This document shows, piece after piece, positions 11,879-25,590 of a DNA stretch of 64,000 nt; the stretch's first letter is position 1, and each line of letters starts with the position of its first letter. Source of the DNA: Octopus sinensis. Taxonomy: Eukaryota. The notes beneath the pieces were generated by a model that did no database searches, was not told where the DNA came from, and saw nothing but the letters and a program-made list of their open reading frames with translations. Position numbers and translations under genes: made by a program. The stretch is from NCBI RefSeq assembly GCF_006345805.1, contig NC_042999.1, positions 34,968,001-35,032,000 of the forward strand. Direction: 5' to 3'.

Positions 11879-14800
11879 CGATGCACAGTCACTGACACCT
11901 AGACAATGTTTGTTCACACATACACATATGCAGACATTCATACCCACGTACATCCACACAAACACAGATACAGGCATTCATACCCACGTGTACCCACACA
12001 AACATACATACAACCATCGTACTAGTGACGATTCCACTCGCTTCATAGCGTAAGGTCAAATCAAGAGGATTTACATAAATATTTATTTTACATCTGTATA
12101 AGTGTAACCCTATCAAAACGTTTCCTCATTTTTGCTCACATGAACGTGCACCTCTGCAGGCAACTCCACCAATCATTTTACTCTATCTACATGTATTCAT
12201 TCAGCGTTTAGAGTATACACCCAACAGAACTAAAATAAGGCACTTTAAAAGCGTATAAGGTTTGTTCATTTAGACCTATATATTTCTATACAGAATGATA
12301 TGACCGTTTACTTTTAATAACGCTACTATTGGGATACGTGTGATATTATCCATTCTATGATTATTTTCCTCAGATATATATATAGCATTACGTTATGGTA
12401 AACATATATATTATATAATTTCTTCTCTTCTAACGAAACTACAAAATATACATACCAATTATTGAAGGATTGTACAATTTATGTAAACAACAATATAAGA
12501 TTCCTAATGATTACAATGAAACATTATAATTATATATTTTAGTAAATAATGGTTTGATATAACTAAATAGCCGCACATACTTACAGATTATTATGGAAAT
12601 TACATTTTTTAGGTAAACAACTATATAATGAACCAGTAAAAATAATTAAAGAAAATTTTAATTACATTGTAAAGTAAATAAATAAAAGATTGATATATAT
12701 CATTAACTATCATATATTCTTTCTAAATTTCAGAAATGAGCTTTTAAGTCTATGGTGGATTGTTAAAATAATCACATGATGTTTGTTGATGATGTTATCA
12801 TTGCATAATATTATTTCTAGTGTTTCTTCAGGGCAAATACTACATGCTTTTCTGGTAATGCGTTATATAGGTATCCATTTCATATCACTACCTGAGTCGC
12901 ACTATATTGTATCTTCTTCTGTTTGAGGACTCATAAAAGGTCTGCGAGGAATGTGCATTACCTTTTGCAACTGTTCCTAAATGACTCTGTATGGTTCCAC
13001 CAGCGAATCTTGAATCTGTTCGTCAATGTACCTCTTCATGACACATCCTCCACATACCTAAATATTTGACTCTACAATATGTCTTCAATTATTTATTCAG
13101 TTTAATGTTTCATTACTTTACTTATTACGAACAAACCGTTTTTACAATAACAAAATGCATTGCACATTCATCTACATAACTGTGTATGCTTTCATTATAA
13201 AATGTATAAAACATAAGTGCGCATGATAGGTGTCTACAGTTTTATTCTTCATGAAGAAAAGTTTTTATCTTTACCGGTATAACCATTTTTGTGATCTGCA
13301 AATTATTTATGTAGGAGACCCTTGATAATTGGAAATTTCTAAGTATATACTAAAGGGAATATTTACAGGAATTCCCCAGACCCACAAAATGTTATAGCAG
13401 AACATTACACGATTCCTTCAGATACAAAGATCACATCTAGAAATACTATTTTTCTATAAGTAACACAGTCATTTTATAATTATTAATGTTCGAATAATAT
13501 AAATTCTATGTATAAATTTAAATTGTGAAAATTAGATTTATGATCCAAGACGGTTTTATCTTCTAAGAGGAGTATATACTCTTTACTTTATATCTTGAGG
13601 TTTTTCCGTTTGTAAGCACAAACGCTCATAATCTATATATTGCTCCTTATTATGTCGGGCAACGTCCAAAACTATAGTTACAGAAGCTGAAAATTAAAAC
13701 AATAGGCTTTCAATATTTCTGTAAAACAATTCTGACATTACATAAAAAAACAGTACTTTAGTTCTTCAATTTAAAAGACCGAATGTCTAAACAAAGTACG
13801 ATCAATCATATATTTCGACGAGAGGGATACAAATACCACCACATGTTAGTCTTCATATGTTGTAAAATCTATCAAAGTACGTAGCGCTGGAAAACTGAGT
13901 CTGATCCCAACTTGATGGAAGATTTTAAGTTTTGAATACCTTCCAATAATTCGCATGATATATTACACAGCGATTCAAAAACGTATAAACTACAAACAAA
14001 ATTTCATTTCACTAGCAAAACAAAAATTATATATGAAACGTACAAAAGTCAGCTTTCTGACTGTATCACCATTACTGTGTAATTAATTGAGAAATAACTT
14101 CTGGCTTAAAATTTGACGACAGAGTAGAAAATTTAACGATACCTGAACCTCGTATTACTTTTAAAGACTGCATGATTATTCCTTGGTTAAACACACATAT
14201 AGACTAAATCCTGGGGGGAAAAAGGTAAAGTTAGTAGGTTGTAGTTTTAATCAGCGTAAATATGTGCTTTTATATTTTCTTTTTTGTATGATTTGCAATT
14301 ACACGGGTTGCAATATGAAATAAAATTTATCAAGATTACTGCCGTTATACTTATAGTTACAGAGAGGATAGGTTTGAGATCTTTAAGGACAATTAAGCCA
14401 TTTCTTAATTTATGGAGTTATGTCCATTTATGTTGGTTTGTATTCAAAGATAATGGATAATGCTTTTAAAAAAGAACTTAACTTTCCCATCATGGTGAGA
14501 AATTCGACTATCATTTCGTAAATGCGTAGTGAGGGGAGAAAAAAGATCGAAATTTATTTACAGCTCCCTCCTCTGGCTGACGATGAATTCTGCCCAAACT
14601 TTAAGGCAGCATCTGTCTAGTAATTCAAAGGATATTGCTTTAATTTTCAGCTTTAGTTGTGTTTATCTAGAACCACGTAGATTCTGTTTAGTAAATTTCA
14701 ATCTCAAGACTGCAGTAGAAGAGACATACTCAATTTACTGCACAGTGAAATTGAACTCAAAACTACGTGTAGCGAAATTGTTAACCACACGAACATTCTA

Positions 14801-15599
14801 ATTCATTCCTGGCTTTGTTTATAATGTTTTGCTCGAAAAAGAAATCCGATGTTTCTCTCTGCCAAAATATTCTGTCAGTTTCTATTTTCAAATTTACTAT
14901 TTTTAATGAGACATATTCAAACGATACTATAGAAGGTAAAGTGTAGGATTTCAATGTTAATACACAAAACAAATTCAAGGTTGAGATGAATAAACCAACT
15001 GAATCAGGAAAGAAGGTATCCCAAAATAACGAAAATGATTGATATGAGTGCTGCTGTCGTTGTCGTTGTTGTTGTTGCTGTTACTAAAGTTTCTTTTTGC
15101 TGCCACTTCATATTTGGAAAAGATTAGACACAAATACCACTGATGATTTAGCTAGCCACCCTACTGATTTTTTGACTATTTGCTGTAGCCGCTTATAGTA
15201 TATATCATAATCGTACCGACAAGTTTAGCTTTTTGCAGTTCTTAGTTCGTCTTTAAACTGTGTCCAATCGGCAAATAAGTTCTAATTTGCTGTTTAAAAA
15301 GTTATTCGTTTACAGAATATTTGTTTACTTTATATAACTATTTAATCAATACTGTTAACTGAATAAAGCCAGACAGACTAATGTAGAGCGTTTATCGAAC
15401 AAGTGAATAAATTCAATATCCTCGACATTTCTATTTCAAGTTTATCGAGAAAAAATTCAATAAAATTGCAACATTATTACATTTCAGGAAATGAGCAATA
15501 TATATAACATTTGTTGGAGTTTCAAATATATTCTCATGCGATGTAAATTATACATACAGATTTCACACATAGTTTACAAAAACTTTCTATATATAAAAT

Positions 15600-15710
<111 letters not shown>

Positions 15711-16065
15711 CGCACGATTTTCGATATCCACCCTAAAGTTTTCTAATTTCTCCAATAGGTCATCCATTTTAACTTTTCTAGTTTGGTACCTCTCCATATA
15801 AACAAATTATTCTCATTAAAGCGTACTGTCTTCATTACTGTACCAGTGCAAGTGTAAATCACAAGCGTGTGATTAAAAACCTCACTTCACAACAACGAGG
15901 CTCAGGCCAGTTCGCCAATGACTTTTTAATGGAATTTGTTTGACAGAAAACTATATAGTTCTTCGCGTATATATGAAGATATACATGCGAATGTGTTTGT
16001 GAATGCATGTGTTTGTGCTCGTTGTTATGTAGTGTCATAAACACACACACACACGCACACACACA

Positions 16066-16141
<76 letters not shown>

Positions 16142-16190
16142 GCTCTAATATCTATAAGTCTTGGTTTTTTATCTTATTACGCAAAAAATT

Positions 16191-16227
<37 letters not shown>

Positions 16228-16510
16228 CTGATTTTGTCGTTGTTATTATTATTATTATTATTTTTATTATTATTTACAGAATTTTCACTCATCGACTTTT
16301 CCCCATTTTACGCAGAAAACGCACGTTTGCTTTATAAAAGCACCACTTGGAAATTAAATATAATGGAAAAGTGCGCGTGGGTGGGTAGGTTGGTATAATT
16401 GTTTAGCACACTTATGGCGAATATAAGAGGTGTGGGTTCGGTTACCATACGTGCTAATACCCACTTTTATTCTGTCGATGGCTTATGTGTTGTAATATTA
16501 ATCTATTATA

Positions 16511-16722
16511 AAGCGGTGAGCTGGCAGAATCGTTAAGCATGCCGGACAAAATGCTTAGCGGTATATCATCTGTCTTTATGTTTTACGTTTCAATCCGCCG
16601 AGGTCGACTTTACCTTTCATTCTCTTGTGGTCGATAAAATAAGCACCAGTCAAGTACCGTGTAGCCGATGTAACTGACTTATTCCCTCCCTGTAATTAGT
16701 GACCTTGTTCCAAAATTTCAAA
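16511..16722 (+). mobile_element. tRNA-derived SINE, family B
   Basis: gcggtgagctggcagaatcgtta head and ccgccgaggtcgactttacctttcat core shared with several other copies. Confidence 0.85.
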
Positions 16723-16850
16723 TCAATATTAGACTATTTTCTTTAGTCAATACATGTATTGATCGCTTATAAGCTTTAAACTTTTTGTTAATTCTTATAT
16801 ATACATGTGTGTGTATGTGTGTCTGTAAGTGTGTGTTAATTGTTAAGGCA

Positions 16851-16922
16851 CAGTTACTGATGAGGATTCGCCTAGCAAATTATTTTATTTGCTAAAAAAA
16901 ATCTGAAACCTAGGTATAACCG
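16851..16922 (+). ncRNA. Type I minimal hammerhead ribozyme
   Basis: CAGUUA-CUGAUGA-GGAUU...AAUCU-GAAA-CCUAGG-UA-UAACCG; palindromic CCUAGG; the host element runs into (TA)n at ~17062. Confidence 0.78.
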
Positions 16923-17064
16923 TAAACAATAACTATGTGAAAGTTTTTAACTTTCATTCCCTTCGAAAATTGCTCTTAAATGTGGTTTTGGTTGCTTTGA
17001 CTGTTTCTAGTTTGTAAAATTACCTAATCAAGGTAATTTTCTCTTGTGTTCAAATGTACATTAT

Positions 17065-17350
<286 letters not shown>

Positions 17351-17589
17351 ATATATATATATCGTTGTGTCTGGGGAGTGTAATTCTCTTTTAGTACCTT
17401 TTTATTTAATACACTTGCCGGTAAAGTTTTTATTTATTTTTCCTAAAACTTTCGTTGCATCTTGCAACCTGTTCAATAGCCGTTGACCCTGTCCGTTATC
17501 CGAGCTGCGTTCTTTATGTTTGTTTGTGCACATGTGTGTGGGTCAGTATGTGTGCGCATACACATGTATGGCAACTCTTTTCACATGTA

Positions 17590-18478
17590 AGGCAATACAT
17601 TTCAGGGATAGCATTGCCTGCCCCACATGGAGAAGGGCCTAGAAAATGTGGTTCAGAAAAAAGAAGCTCCTCACTTGCTCGATGGGGTGACCCAGTGAGT
17701 CATCCCCAAACATGCGGTCGAAGGCAAGCATCAAAATTGAAACAGAAAAAGAAACTCTAGAAATTCATCCATGCATGTTGGAATGTTCGCACCCTCCTCT
17801 ATGACGTTTCACATGATGAGCCGGACACTCGACGACCACCGCGATGCACTGCTATTTTAGCCACCGAACTCAAGCGCTACAAAGTCGACATTACTGCACT
17901 CAGTGAGACTTGTTTCTCCAATGGGTTGGGTTCCCTCACTGAAGAAGCTGGTGGATAACCTTCTTCTGGAAAGGCCGTCCCTCTAGGCTGCCCCGTTTGC
18001 ATGGGGCCGGTTTCGCAATCAAGAACAGCCTATTGCAGAAAATTCCTGGAGTACCCTCCTGTATCAGCGAACGTCTGATGACAATCCAAATCCCAACGCT
18101 CGACTCTGATGAAGAAATAAAGGACTTCTTCTATGATTCTCTGCACACTGCGTTTCGGAACATTCTCCCGATCGGACAAGATCGTACTCATGGGTAACTT
18201 CAACTCCCGTGTTGGGTGTGACAAGACCACCTGGCAAGAGATCCTCGGTCCTCACGGCACAGGGAAAATGAACGCTAATGGACAGATGCTACTCACTTTC
18301 TGCTCCGAGTATGACCTGTGCATCACTAGCACCCTCTTTCAACAGAGGGACATTTACAAGACGTCATGGATGCACCCACGTTCCCAAAAAATGACATCTC
18401 CTTGACTACATCACTGTCCGTCGTCAAGACATGGACGATGTCCTCCACACTCACACAATGCGTGGAGCAGATTGCTGG
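17590..18478 (+). mobile_element. RTE (BovB-like) LINE 5' part, APE endonuclease pseudogene
   Basis: CWNVRTL, ELKRYKVDITALSET, HGAGFAIKNSL, MGNFNSRVG, GKMNANGQMLLTFCSEYDLCITSTLF, SWMHPRS, LDYI...RGADCW; frameshifted. Confidence 0.93.
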
Positions 18479-19646
18479 CGAAGGACTGCGTCTGCGCAGT
18501 AGATTTTAAAAAAATTTGGATGTGTAAACAAGGGGCACATAGTTGATCGCCTCGTGTTTATATACTCAATCTAAGGTGTTCCTGTTGAAAAAGATTTCAC
18601 CTCGCGAGTAAAATGTATTTACTCGCTAAACTAAAATCAGAAACCAATTGGTCCAGGAAATTAGATGGTAAAATGTTTTTATTTTTTCATTTCGTTCCTG
18701 TTGAATATTATCCCAAATGTTGTAGTTATAGAACCTAGGTGTTCTTTCTAGCGTGTTGAATCCCATGAGTGGATTCCTTATGTGTTTAAATGTACACTGT
18801 ATTTTATATATATATGTATATATATATATATATCTTTTATCCTTTCTCTTCTACTTCTTTCTGCCGTTTGACAGCAGCCATTATTTTGTAAAATAAACAC
18901 TACTTTATTACTTGAATATATTCTGATATTGTTGTTTGTACTTGTAGAATTACTTATAGAATTACTGACATAGGAATCCGTGGAATTGGAAAAAAGAACA
19001 ATACATACATTGTTAACCGAGAACGTAAGTCGCGTACGTGTAACGAAATAATTATTTTCATTTTCTTTCTATAAACACATTTCTATCAAAACTCATTACA
19101 AATTCCTGTATCTTTGTACGACTCAAAATTCAAATTTGAATTCAAATTACCGTTAAAATATTTTCCTTTCGGCTATTATTATTCTGAAGTGCCTCTCTAA
19201 GCTATTGTGTGTGTGGGGGGGGGTATGTGTGCTTAAGTTATCGTTCTTAATCCTTTCCACATTAATGTTTCTCCAGAAATTGTTGTTCTTACACGCTAAA
19301 TATTGTTTTTCCTAAATATGGTACCAGCAGTACTGAAGGGAAGCGAAGAATGATAAAGTTCATATAAATATTTCAATTTTAAATTGAAATCTTAAATTTA
19401 TAATGGTAATTTTCAACATACACTTACCCTTTTTATTCACCTAGACAAATAAATAAATCTTCCCAGTCGAGCGCGCAGCCACATACCACACACACAAAGA
19501 AATGCACACGTAAACACACACCCAAACATGCACTAACACATTGATTTTCATTGATATGTCAAAACATCAAAGTCATTGTCTATCTTTTCCTTTTGTATAA
19601 ACTAGGTGTTGTCAAAAAGTATCTGACCTTTGTCCAAAAGCAAGTA

Positions 19647-20120
19647 CCGTAAATCCTCGAGTATAATCCACATTTTTTCCCCAAAATTTAAAGGTCAAAA
19701 TTCCTAGTGCGTATTATACACCAGTTTAAAAATGAAATTATTTTCTAAGCAATGTTCAACTCTCTATTTCCTGTCCGGTGATGTTTATTCAGATGCATTT
19801 TGTGATGTCGGGCGTGAAAATACCTTAAGCTAAGCCTTGAAAGCAATGAAGTCATAAAAGAACCATCCATAACTTGCAATTAGCAACATTTATTAAACGT
19901 TATTACTGTTATTTCTTTATTTTCTGCAAACAAAATGCACAAAAAGCTACACGTTGCATTATGTTATATACACAATAATAATAATGGACGTTACCGTATA
20001 CGTTTTTACAAAGCAAGGACGTTATATAGACCTCCTTGGTTTAGGTTTTTCAGAGGTAAAACCCCCTAAAAATCCCCTGCGTATTATACTCAAGGGCGGA
20101 TTATACTCGAGGATTTACGG
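19647..20120. mobile_element. pogo/Tc2-like MITE
   Basis: Perfect 23-bp TIR ccgtaaatcctcgagtataatcc / ggattatactcgaggatttacgg with TA target duplication (19645-46, 20121-22). Confidence 0.92.
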
Positions 20121-20201
20121 TAATATGAAAAAGTATTCACCTTGGTAGTCTACACTGTGCTTGCGTATCCTTAAGTTTTTGACAGAATTTGATACAGTAT
20201 C

Positions 20202-20634
20202 AAGGCGGGAACTGGCAGACATGTTAGCACGCCGGGTGAATTGTTTAGCGGTGTTTCTTCTGTGTTTACGTTCTGAGTTCAAATTCCGCCGAAGTCGACT
20301 TTGCTTTTCATCCTTTCGAGGTCAATAAATTAAGTACCAGTTACGCACTGGGATCGATCTTATCGGCTTAATCCCTTTGTCTGTCCTTGGTTGCCCCCTC
20401 TATGTTTAGCCCCTTGTGGGCAATAAAGAAATAAGAAACGTTAGCACGCCGGGTGAATTGTTTAGCGGTGTTTCTTTTGTCTTTACGTTCTGAGTTCAAA
20501 TTCCGCCGAAGTCCACTTTGCCTTTCATCCTTTCGGGGCCGATAAATTAAGTACCACTTACGTACTGAGATAGATTTAATCGACTGGCCGCAACCCTACA
20601 AATTTCGGGTCTTGTGTTTAAAGTAGAAAAGAAA
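20202..20634 (+). mobile_element. Dimeric SINE family B with 18-bp TSD
   Basis: Two tandem bodies; TSD agaatttgatacagtatc at 20184-20201 and 20635-20652. Confidence 0.93.
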
Positions 20635-21699
20635 AGAATTTGATACAGTATCTTTGCTCAATGTGCTCAGTCATCTTGGCTAAAACAAAAAAAAAATCGC
20701 ACAGTACACTCTTAACGTCTGTGCTCAACGCGTCACTGCGGGCAAATGGTGCAACCTTCAGACACTAAATTTTTTGTGCATGCACAGAATGGATGCGGCC
20801 ACGTAATACCCTTGTCGATTTTGCTCACTCGCGCGTTATTATTTTGTGCAAAAGAAAATCAAGGTCGGATACGTTTTGACTACAGGAGAAAATACAGAGA
20901 ACAAGGTAAAATTAGTAAATATAATTTAAAGAAATTCTTTTGTGTCTGGAGAAAATCATTTTCTTATGGTGCCTTATAATTTAACACAATCACCGGTAAA
21001 ATTTCCACTTGCAACCTTTTCAATAGTCGTTGACTCTGTCCGTTACTCACACTGCGTTCCTTTTTGTTTGTTTGTGCGCATGTATGTGGATCAGTGTGTG
21101 TATGTGTGTGTGTGTGTGCCTGTACATGCATGCATATATGTATGCATGTGTGTGTATGTAAGTATGTGTGCGCATATGTCTCTAGCTATGTGCGTACATT
21201 TGTCTGTAAGTATTCTGCATATTCATGTATTTGCATGTCCGTGTCTGTGTGTGTTTTATGTATGTGCCTGTGTGTGTGTGTGCGTGTGTTTTTATATGTG
21301 TGTGCATACCACTGTCTCCTTGTCTGTGCATGTCTGAGTGTTTGCGTGTCTGTTTTACAACTATGTACTATGTATGTATGCATAGATGTGCATCTCCATA
21401 TGTGTGGACCTGTGTCTCCATATGTGTCCTTGTGTGAAGTAAAGTGTGTGTGTATATATGGTCATGTGCTTCAGTCTTCATTTGTGTATGTCTGCTTATC
21501 TGTTCATATAACCTATGTAACTATCCGTCTGTATGTTGATTTGTTTAATTTCATATCCATATCCATCCATACATGTGCAAATACACATATATATATATAC
21601 ATATATATATATATATTCATACACCCCACACACTCATAAAAATATTAGTTAAATTGATTTCAATCGTGTTTTGTTTTGGAGAAATTTTATAAGGCTTGA

Positions 21700-22400
21700 A
21701 CTTTCATTATAGTAGTATCTATGGAAAACAGGCGGGATTATTATTTAAATAGACATAAAGATTGGTCGCAACTTAGTATATAATTTAGTTATTGCAGTTT
21801 ACTATTAATACCGATACAATGTACATTGGTTTATATGTCTCTTTGTTGTAGTTTTATTAAAGTTAGCGCTTAAACCTGCCTATGAATTGATTGATTCAAA
21901 TAATGTGGTTACTAAGCTTTTACTTTTATATTATACTACGGAAGATGGTAGGGATTATAAATTTTGTATGACTTAATAGAGTTGCCACTGTGTAATTACG
22001 TATTTAGAAGTGGTTGCAATTTACTTATTGAATTTATTTATCGATACGGTTGTACATAGGGTAACTGTGTTTGAAAGTTGTGGTTTCTTTGGTTTCTTCG
22101 TTCCCAAACAGCACTTATTTTAGTGCTGACACCGCCGTGTTCATTCAACTTATGGAATGGATGGATGGATCTCATTAGTGACAAGATAAAGGCTGACGTC
22201 TAGGTAATTTACTGCATAGTGTTCATTCTCTATAGATATCCCCAAGCTATAATTCTTAAAGAACTTGTACATTTTCTTCTTAAGGCATTCTAATGACCTA
22301 TTAGTACAATTCCTAGATATAAGTAGTAGGTCGTCCCTATAAAGAGCACCCTCTATATTCCTAAATTCCATCTCTATGCAATATTTTGTATTTGACATTA
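21700..22400 (-). mobile_element. PLE reverse transcriptase fragment (Naiad-type)
   Basis: GALYRDDLLLISRN...KFFKNYSLGISIENEHYAVNYLDVSL (ORF 22150-22398). Confidence 0.85.
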
Positions 22401-22587
22401 TATACTTGACTTTATAAGTTTGATATATGTATACTAATTCATCTTTATAATGTATAATCTATAATTTATAACTTTTAATTCTTAACTTTATAAAGTGTAA
22501 TTTTCAATTTTTAATGTTTAATATAATGTTAAATTTAACACTTGATTTTAAGGTGATATAAAATTAGATTAACAGTATTTTCAAATA

Positions 22588-22707
22588 GAACCTAAAGATG
22601 TGTTAGTAGAATTGTAAATATGAGGATTGCATATATATATTCATATGTGCATATGTATGTATATGTCTATATATTATAATCTTCTAATGCTGAAACACGT
22701 GTAGTTC
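22588..22707 (+). ncRNA. Decayed hammerhead motif in a putative PLE pLTR
   Basis: GAAC-CUAAAGA(UG)-long stem II-GAAA-CACGUG-UA-GUUC; core G5 mutated. Confidence 0.6.
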
Positions 22708-22919
22708 CTTCATAATTGATTATTTTAATTTTAAATTAATTAGGAGATAATTAAGGAAGTATATTTTATACCCTGCTGGTCAACTCATTATATCCTTTAA
22801 AGTATTATTTCGTGAATCGCAAATAGATACCACGAGTTTACCTTCAGATATACTCATTAGGTTTTTTTTTTGTATTATCTGAAATAGAATACCCGCATAT
22901 CTAATAATCCCAAAAACTG

Positions 22920-22977
<58 letters not shown>

Positions 22978-23017
22978 GTGTATGTATGTATGTATGTTTA
23001 CAGAGTCAGACAGATAG

Positions 23018-23200
23018 AGAGTTCAAATTTACAGAAAACAAAAGTCGAAGGCAGGTGACAGAACAACAAGCAAGTGTATTAGTTTAACGCTTGGGAATAA
23101 TGGAAAAGTCTTCCGCGTTTCGAGCCTACACTCTTCGACAGAACGGATTGAGAGGAATAAAATGCAGAGTGAACGAATAGAATAGAGAGCGAAAAAAATG
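23018..23200 (-). mobile_element. Compact HHR-like element family Y
   Basis: Homologous to 33720-33905 and 23440-23610; minus strand CUGUCGAAGAGUGUAGGCUCGAAACG. Confidence 0.7.
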
Positions 23201-23439
23201 TATACACATGCGCGCGCGAGCACGCACATGCACGCACAGACACAAACATATACAGAGGATGAGGTTTGGTGAAACGAAGAGGAAAAATAGAATTCAAAAC
23301 ATGAATATATATTTTTTTAATCATTAGACAAGTTACTCAAGAGCCGAAGCTCTAGTTATTACCTTTACGAAACGCTCAGAGACTCATGACATTTTTCTCT
23401 CGGAGAATGTGTGTGCGTGTGTGTATAGCTCAAATATAA

Positions 23440-23610
23440 AGAAAAGTTATACAAAAAGAAACAGGGTGTATTAGTTTGACGCTCAGGAATATGAAATCCG
23501 CCTTTAACGTTTCAAACCTGCGCTCTTCTAGAGAAAGAAATGAGAAGAGTTAAAGAAGGAAAGAGAGTAAAACACTGAGGGAAAAAATTTTGAATTAACG
23601 GTGTTTCATA
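23440..23610 (-). mobile_element. Family Y decayed copy
   Basis: gtattagtttgacgctcaggaat...aacgtttcaaacctgcgctcttc. Confidence 0.6.
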
Positions 23611-24298
23611 TTGAACTGACCGACAGGAAGGATGTGGTTGGCGACGTGGGTGGCAAGGGAAACAACTGTGACTTGGCTAAAGTGAATGCGCTTGCATCCG
23701 TATGTGTGTTTATCAGGATGTATACGTGTATGTGTGTGTGTATGGGCGAATGCGTGTGTATGTGCGTGTAGGCAAGCACGTGTGTTAATATAAAGATTAT
23801 GTGAGCGTATCTATGTACATGCATGGGAGCCGTGTGTATATATGCCTCTGAATGTGTGTGTGTATGTGTACGAACAAATATGCGTGTGTGTGTGAAGCGA
23901 TGTGTGTGTGTGTATTCTGTGTATTTACGTGAGTGTGCGTGTGTGTGTGTGGACATCTGTGTATGTTGTGATTGTATGAAGCTGTGTAACGTAGGCGTAT
24001 GTATGAGGCTATCAAGTGTGAATGTGTGCAGATGCGTGCGTAACAGCTAATGTATGCGTGTATCTGTGTGCGAGTAGTGTGTATGCCTCTGTTCTTCGAT
24101 CTGTGTTAGGTGTGTGCGAGTAAGTGGAAGTCGAACATATGTGCGTACATAAAGTGTGTATATATGACGTTATTGTATGTGCATGTTATGTGTGTTTATG
24201 CGTGAATATCGTGTGTGTACGTATGTGAGATAATGTGTGTGCGCTTGCTATCAGATGATGCGTATACATGGGGTAACTTGTTAAAGTGTATGACGCTA

Positions 24299-24342
<44 letters not shown>

Positions 24343-24619
24343 TGTGTGTGTGTATAATGGTGCGTGTATGTATGTGTGAAGCTATTTGACGTATGTGGTT
24401 GTTGTAGGGAGATGTATATGGGTCAACTTAAATAGATGTATCAGATCGGATAGGGGTAAGAAAGGGGGTAGGTTTTGGGATGTGTGGGTGTGTGTGGGGA
24501 AGGAAGCGGAAGTGTGGGTGCTGGTATGTGTTGATCCATATATGCATATATACATATATACGTACACACGCACATACATGTTTAACCATATTGATATAAG
24601 AAGGTTATACGTGCCAACA

Positions 24620-25590
24620 TATAGAGTATATTCCAAAAATGTTCAGACTTTTTCAAAACATACATATATTAAGTTTAACCTAGTAAAAAACTCTAATCTT
24701 CTTCAAAGTAAGATCTCCTGATTTTAACGCACTTGTAGCGATTCAGCCAATGACATTTCCATTAAAGTCCTTAAAAGTGAAAGTATCCAGGACTTTCATC
24801 TTCGAAACGACCGTTCCTGAAGTTCTCCTTCAGCTTGAGAAACGCCCAAAAGTTACTATCCCTATTTTGCAGAGGAAATCGGTCATACAGGGTCCTTGAA
24901 CATCTGATGTTTCCATAGTGACTGATAGAAGCTGGTCATGCTCCTGTATTTATTGATTCTTTTTCTCCTCCACATTGCGGGCAGCAGCACCCGGGTTTTA
25001 CTGTATTCTTCACTATTTTCAAAATTAATTGAGACGATGGCAATGGATTGCCCATCTCTATGAAGTTGATTGTTACTAGGATGCTCATTAAACAAACATT
25101 GCATTTTCAGATCATCATGGATAATTCTGTTTGCAGTTGTCGCACCAACTGCAATAGACTGTATGTTTGTTGTCTTTATATAGACGCGACAATCCTCATC
25201 GAGAGAACTGCGAATTCTCTCAACCATCTCTGATTTTCTGATATCCCTCTCCCTCTTATACCTTTCATCGTCTCTCATCTCATCTCTACTGTCCTTAACT
25301 TCTTGTGTCAGCGAAAACGTTAATCTGTAAGCAAACTGATGCTTTTCATAAGTTTCGGTGTTGCTTTTGCTCTAGTTTATCACAAAAGTGTATTGCATAG
25401 CGATGCTTCTAAACGTTCCGACTACATTCTGAAAAATCGTCAGCTGTGAGAAGAATTGTTTAGTAGGGAGTGTGCAAAGTGCTGTTACAGCCGTTTACTT
25501 CACTCTAGAATAACAAAATTAGGCAGATCAGCTTAGATGTATTCTAATGATATACTAAAATTAGAATAATCTTCTAGAATGCATCTCATA
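24620..25590 (-). mobile_element. Decayed mariner element
   Basis: RIRSSLDEDCRV...IIHDDLKM (HTH region) and NFWAFLKLKENFRNGRFED (C-terminal); homologous to the 48751-50435 copy. Confidence 0.8.

Larger units (their letters stand above)
19607..20884. mobile_element. Old mariner-like MITE hosting two nested insertions
   Basis: Terminal inverted pair tgttgtcaaaaagtatctgacctt / aaggtcggatacgttttgactaca. Confidence 0.65.

Noticed and set aside
14232-14243. let-7-like tagtaggttgta
   Set aside because: Seed absent and no hairpin partner; chance match.
17660-17700. HDV-like ribozyme in the RTE 5' UTR (gctcctcacttgc)
   Set aside because: Could not build P1/P2 pairings; too degenerate to support.
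24803-24816. GAAA-CGACCG-UU hammerhead-like half
   Set aside because: Lies within mariner coding sequence; no upstream core or stem I.
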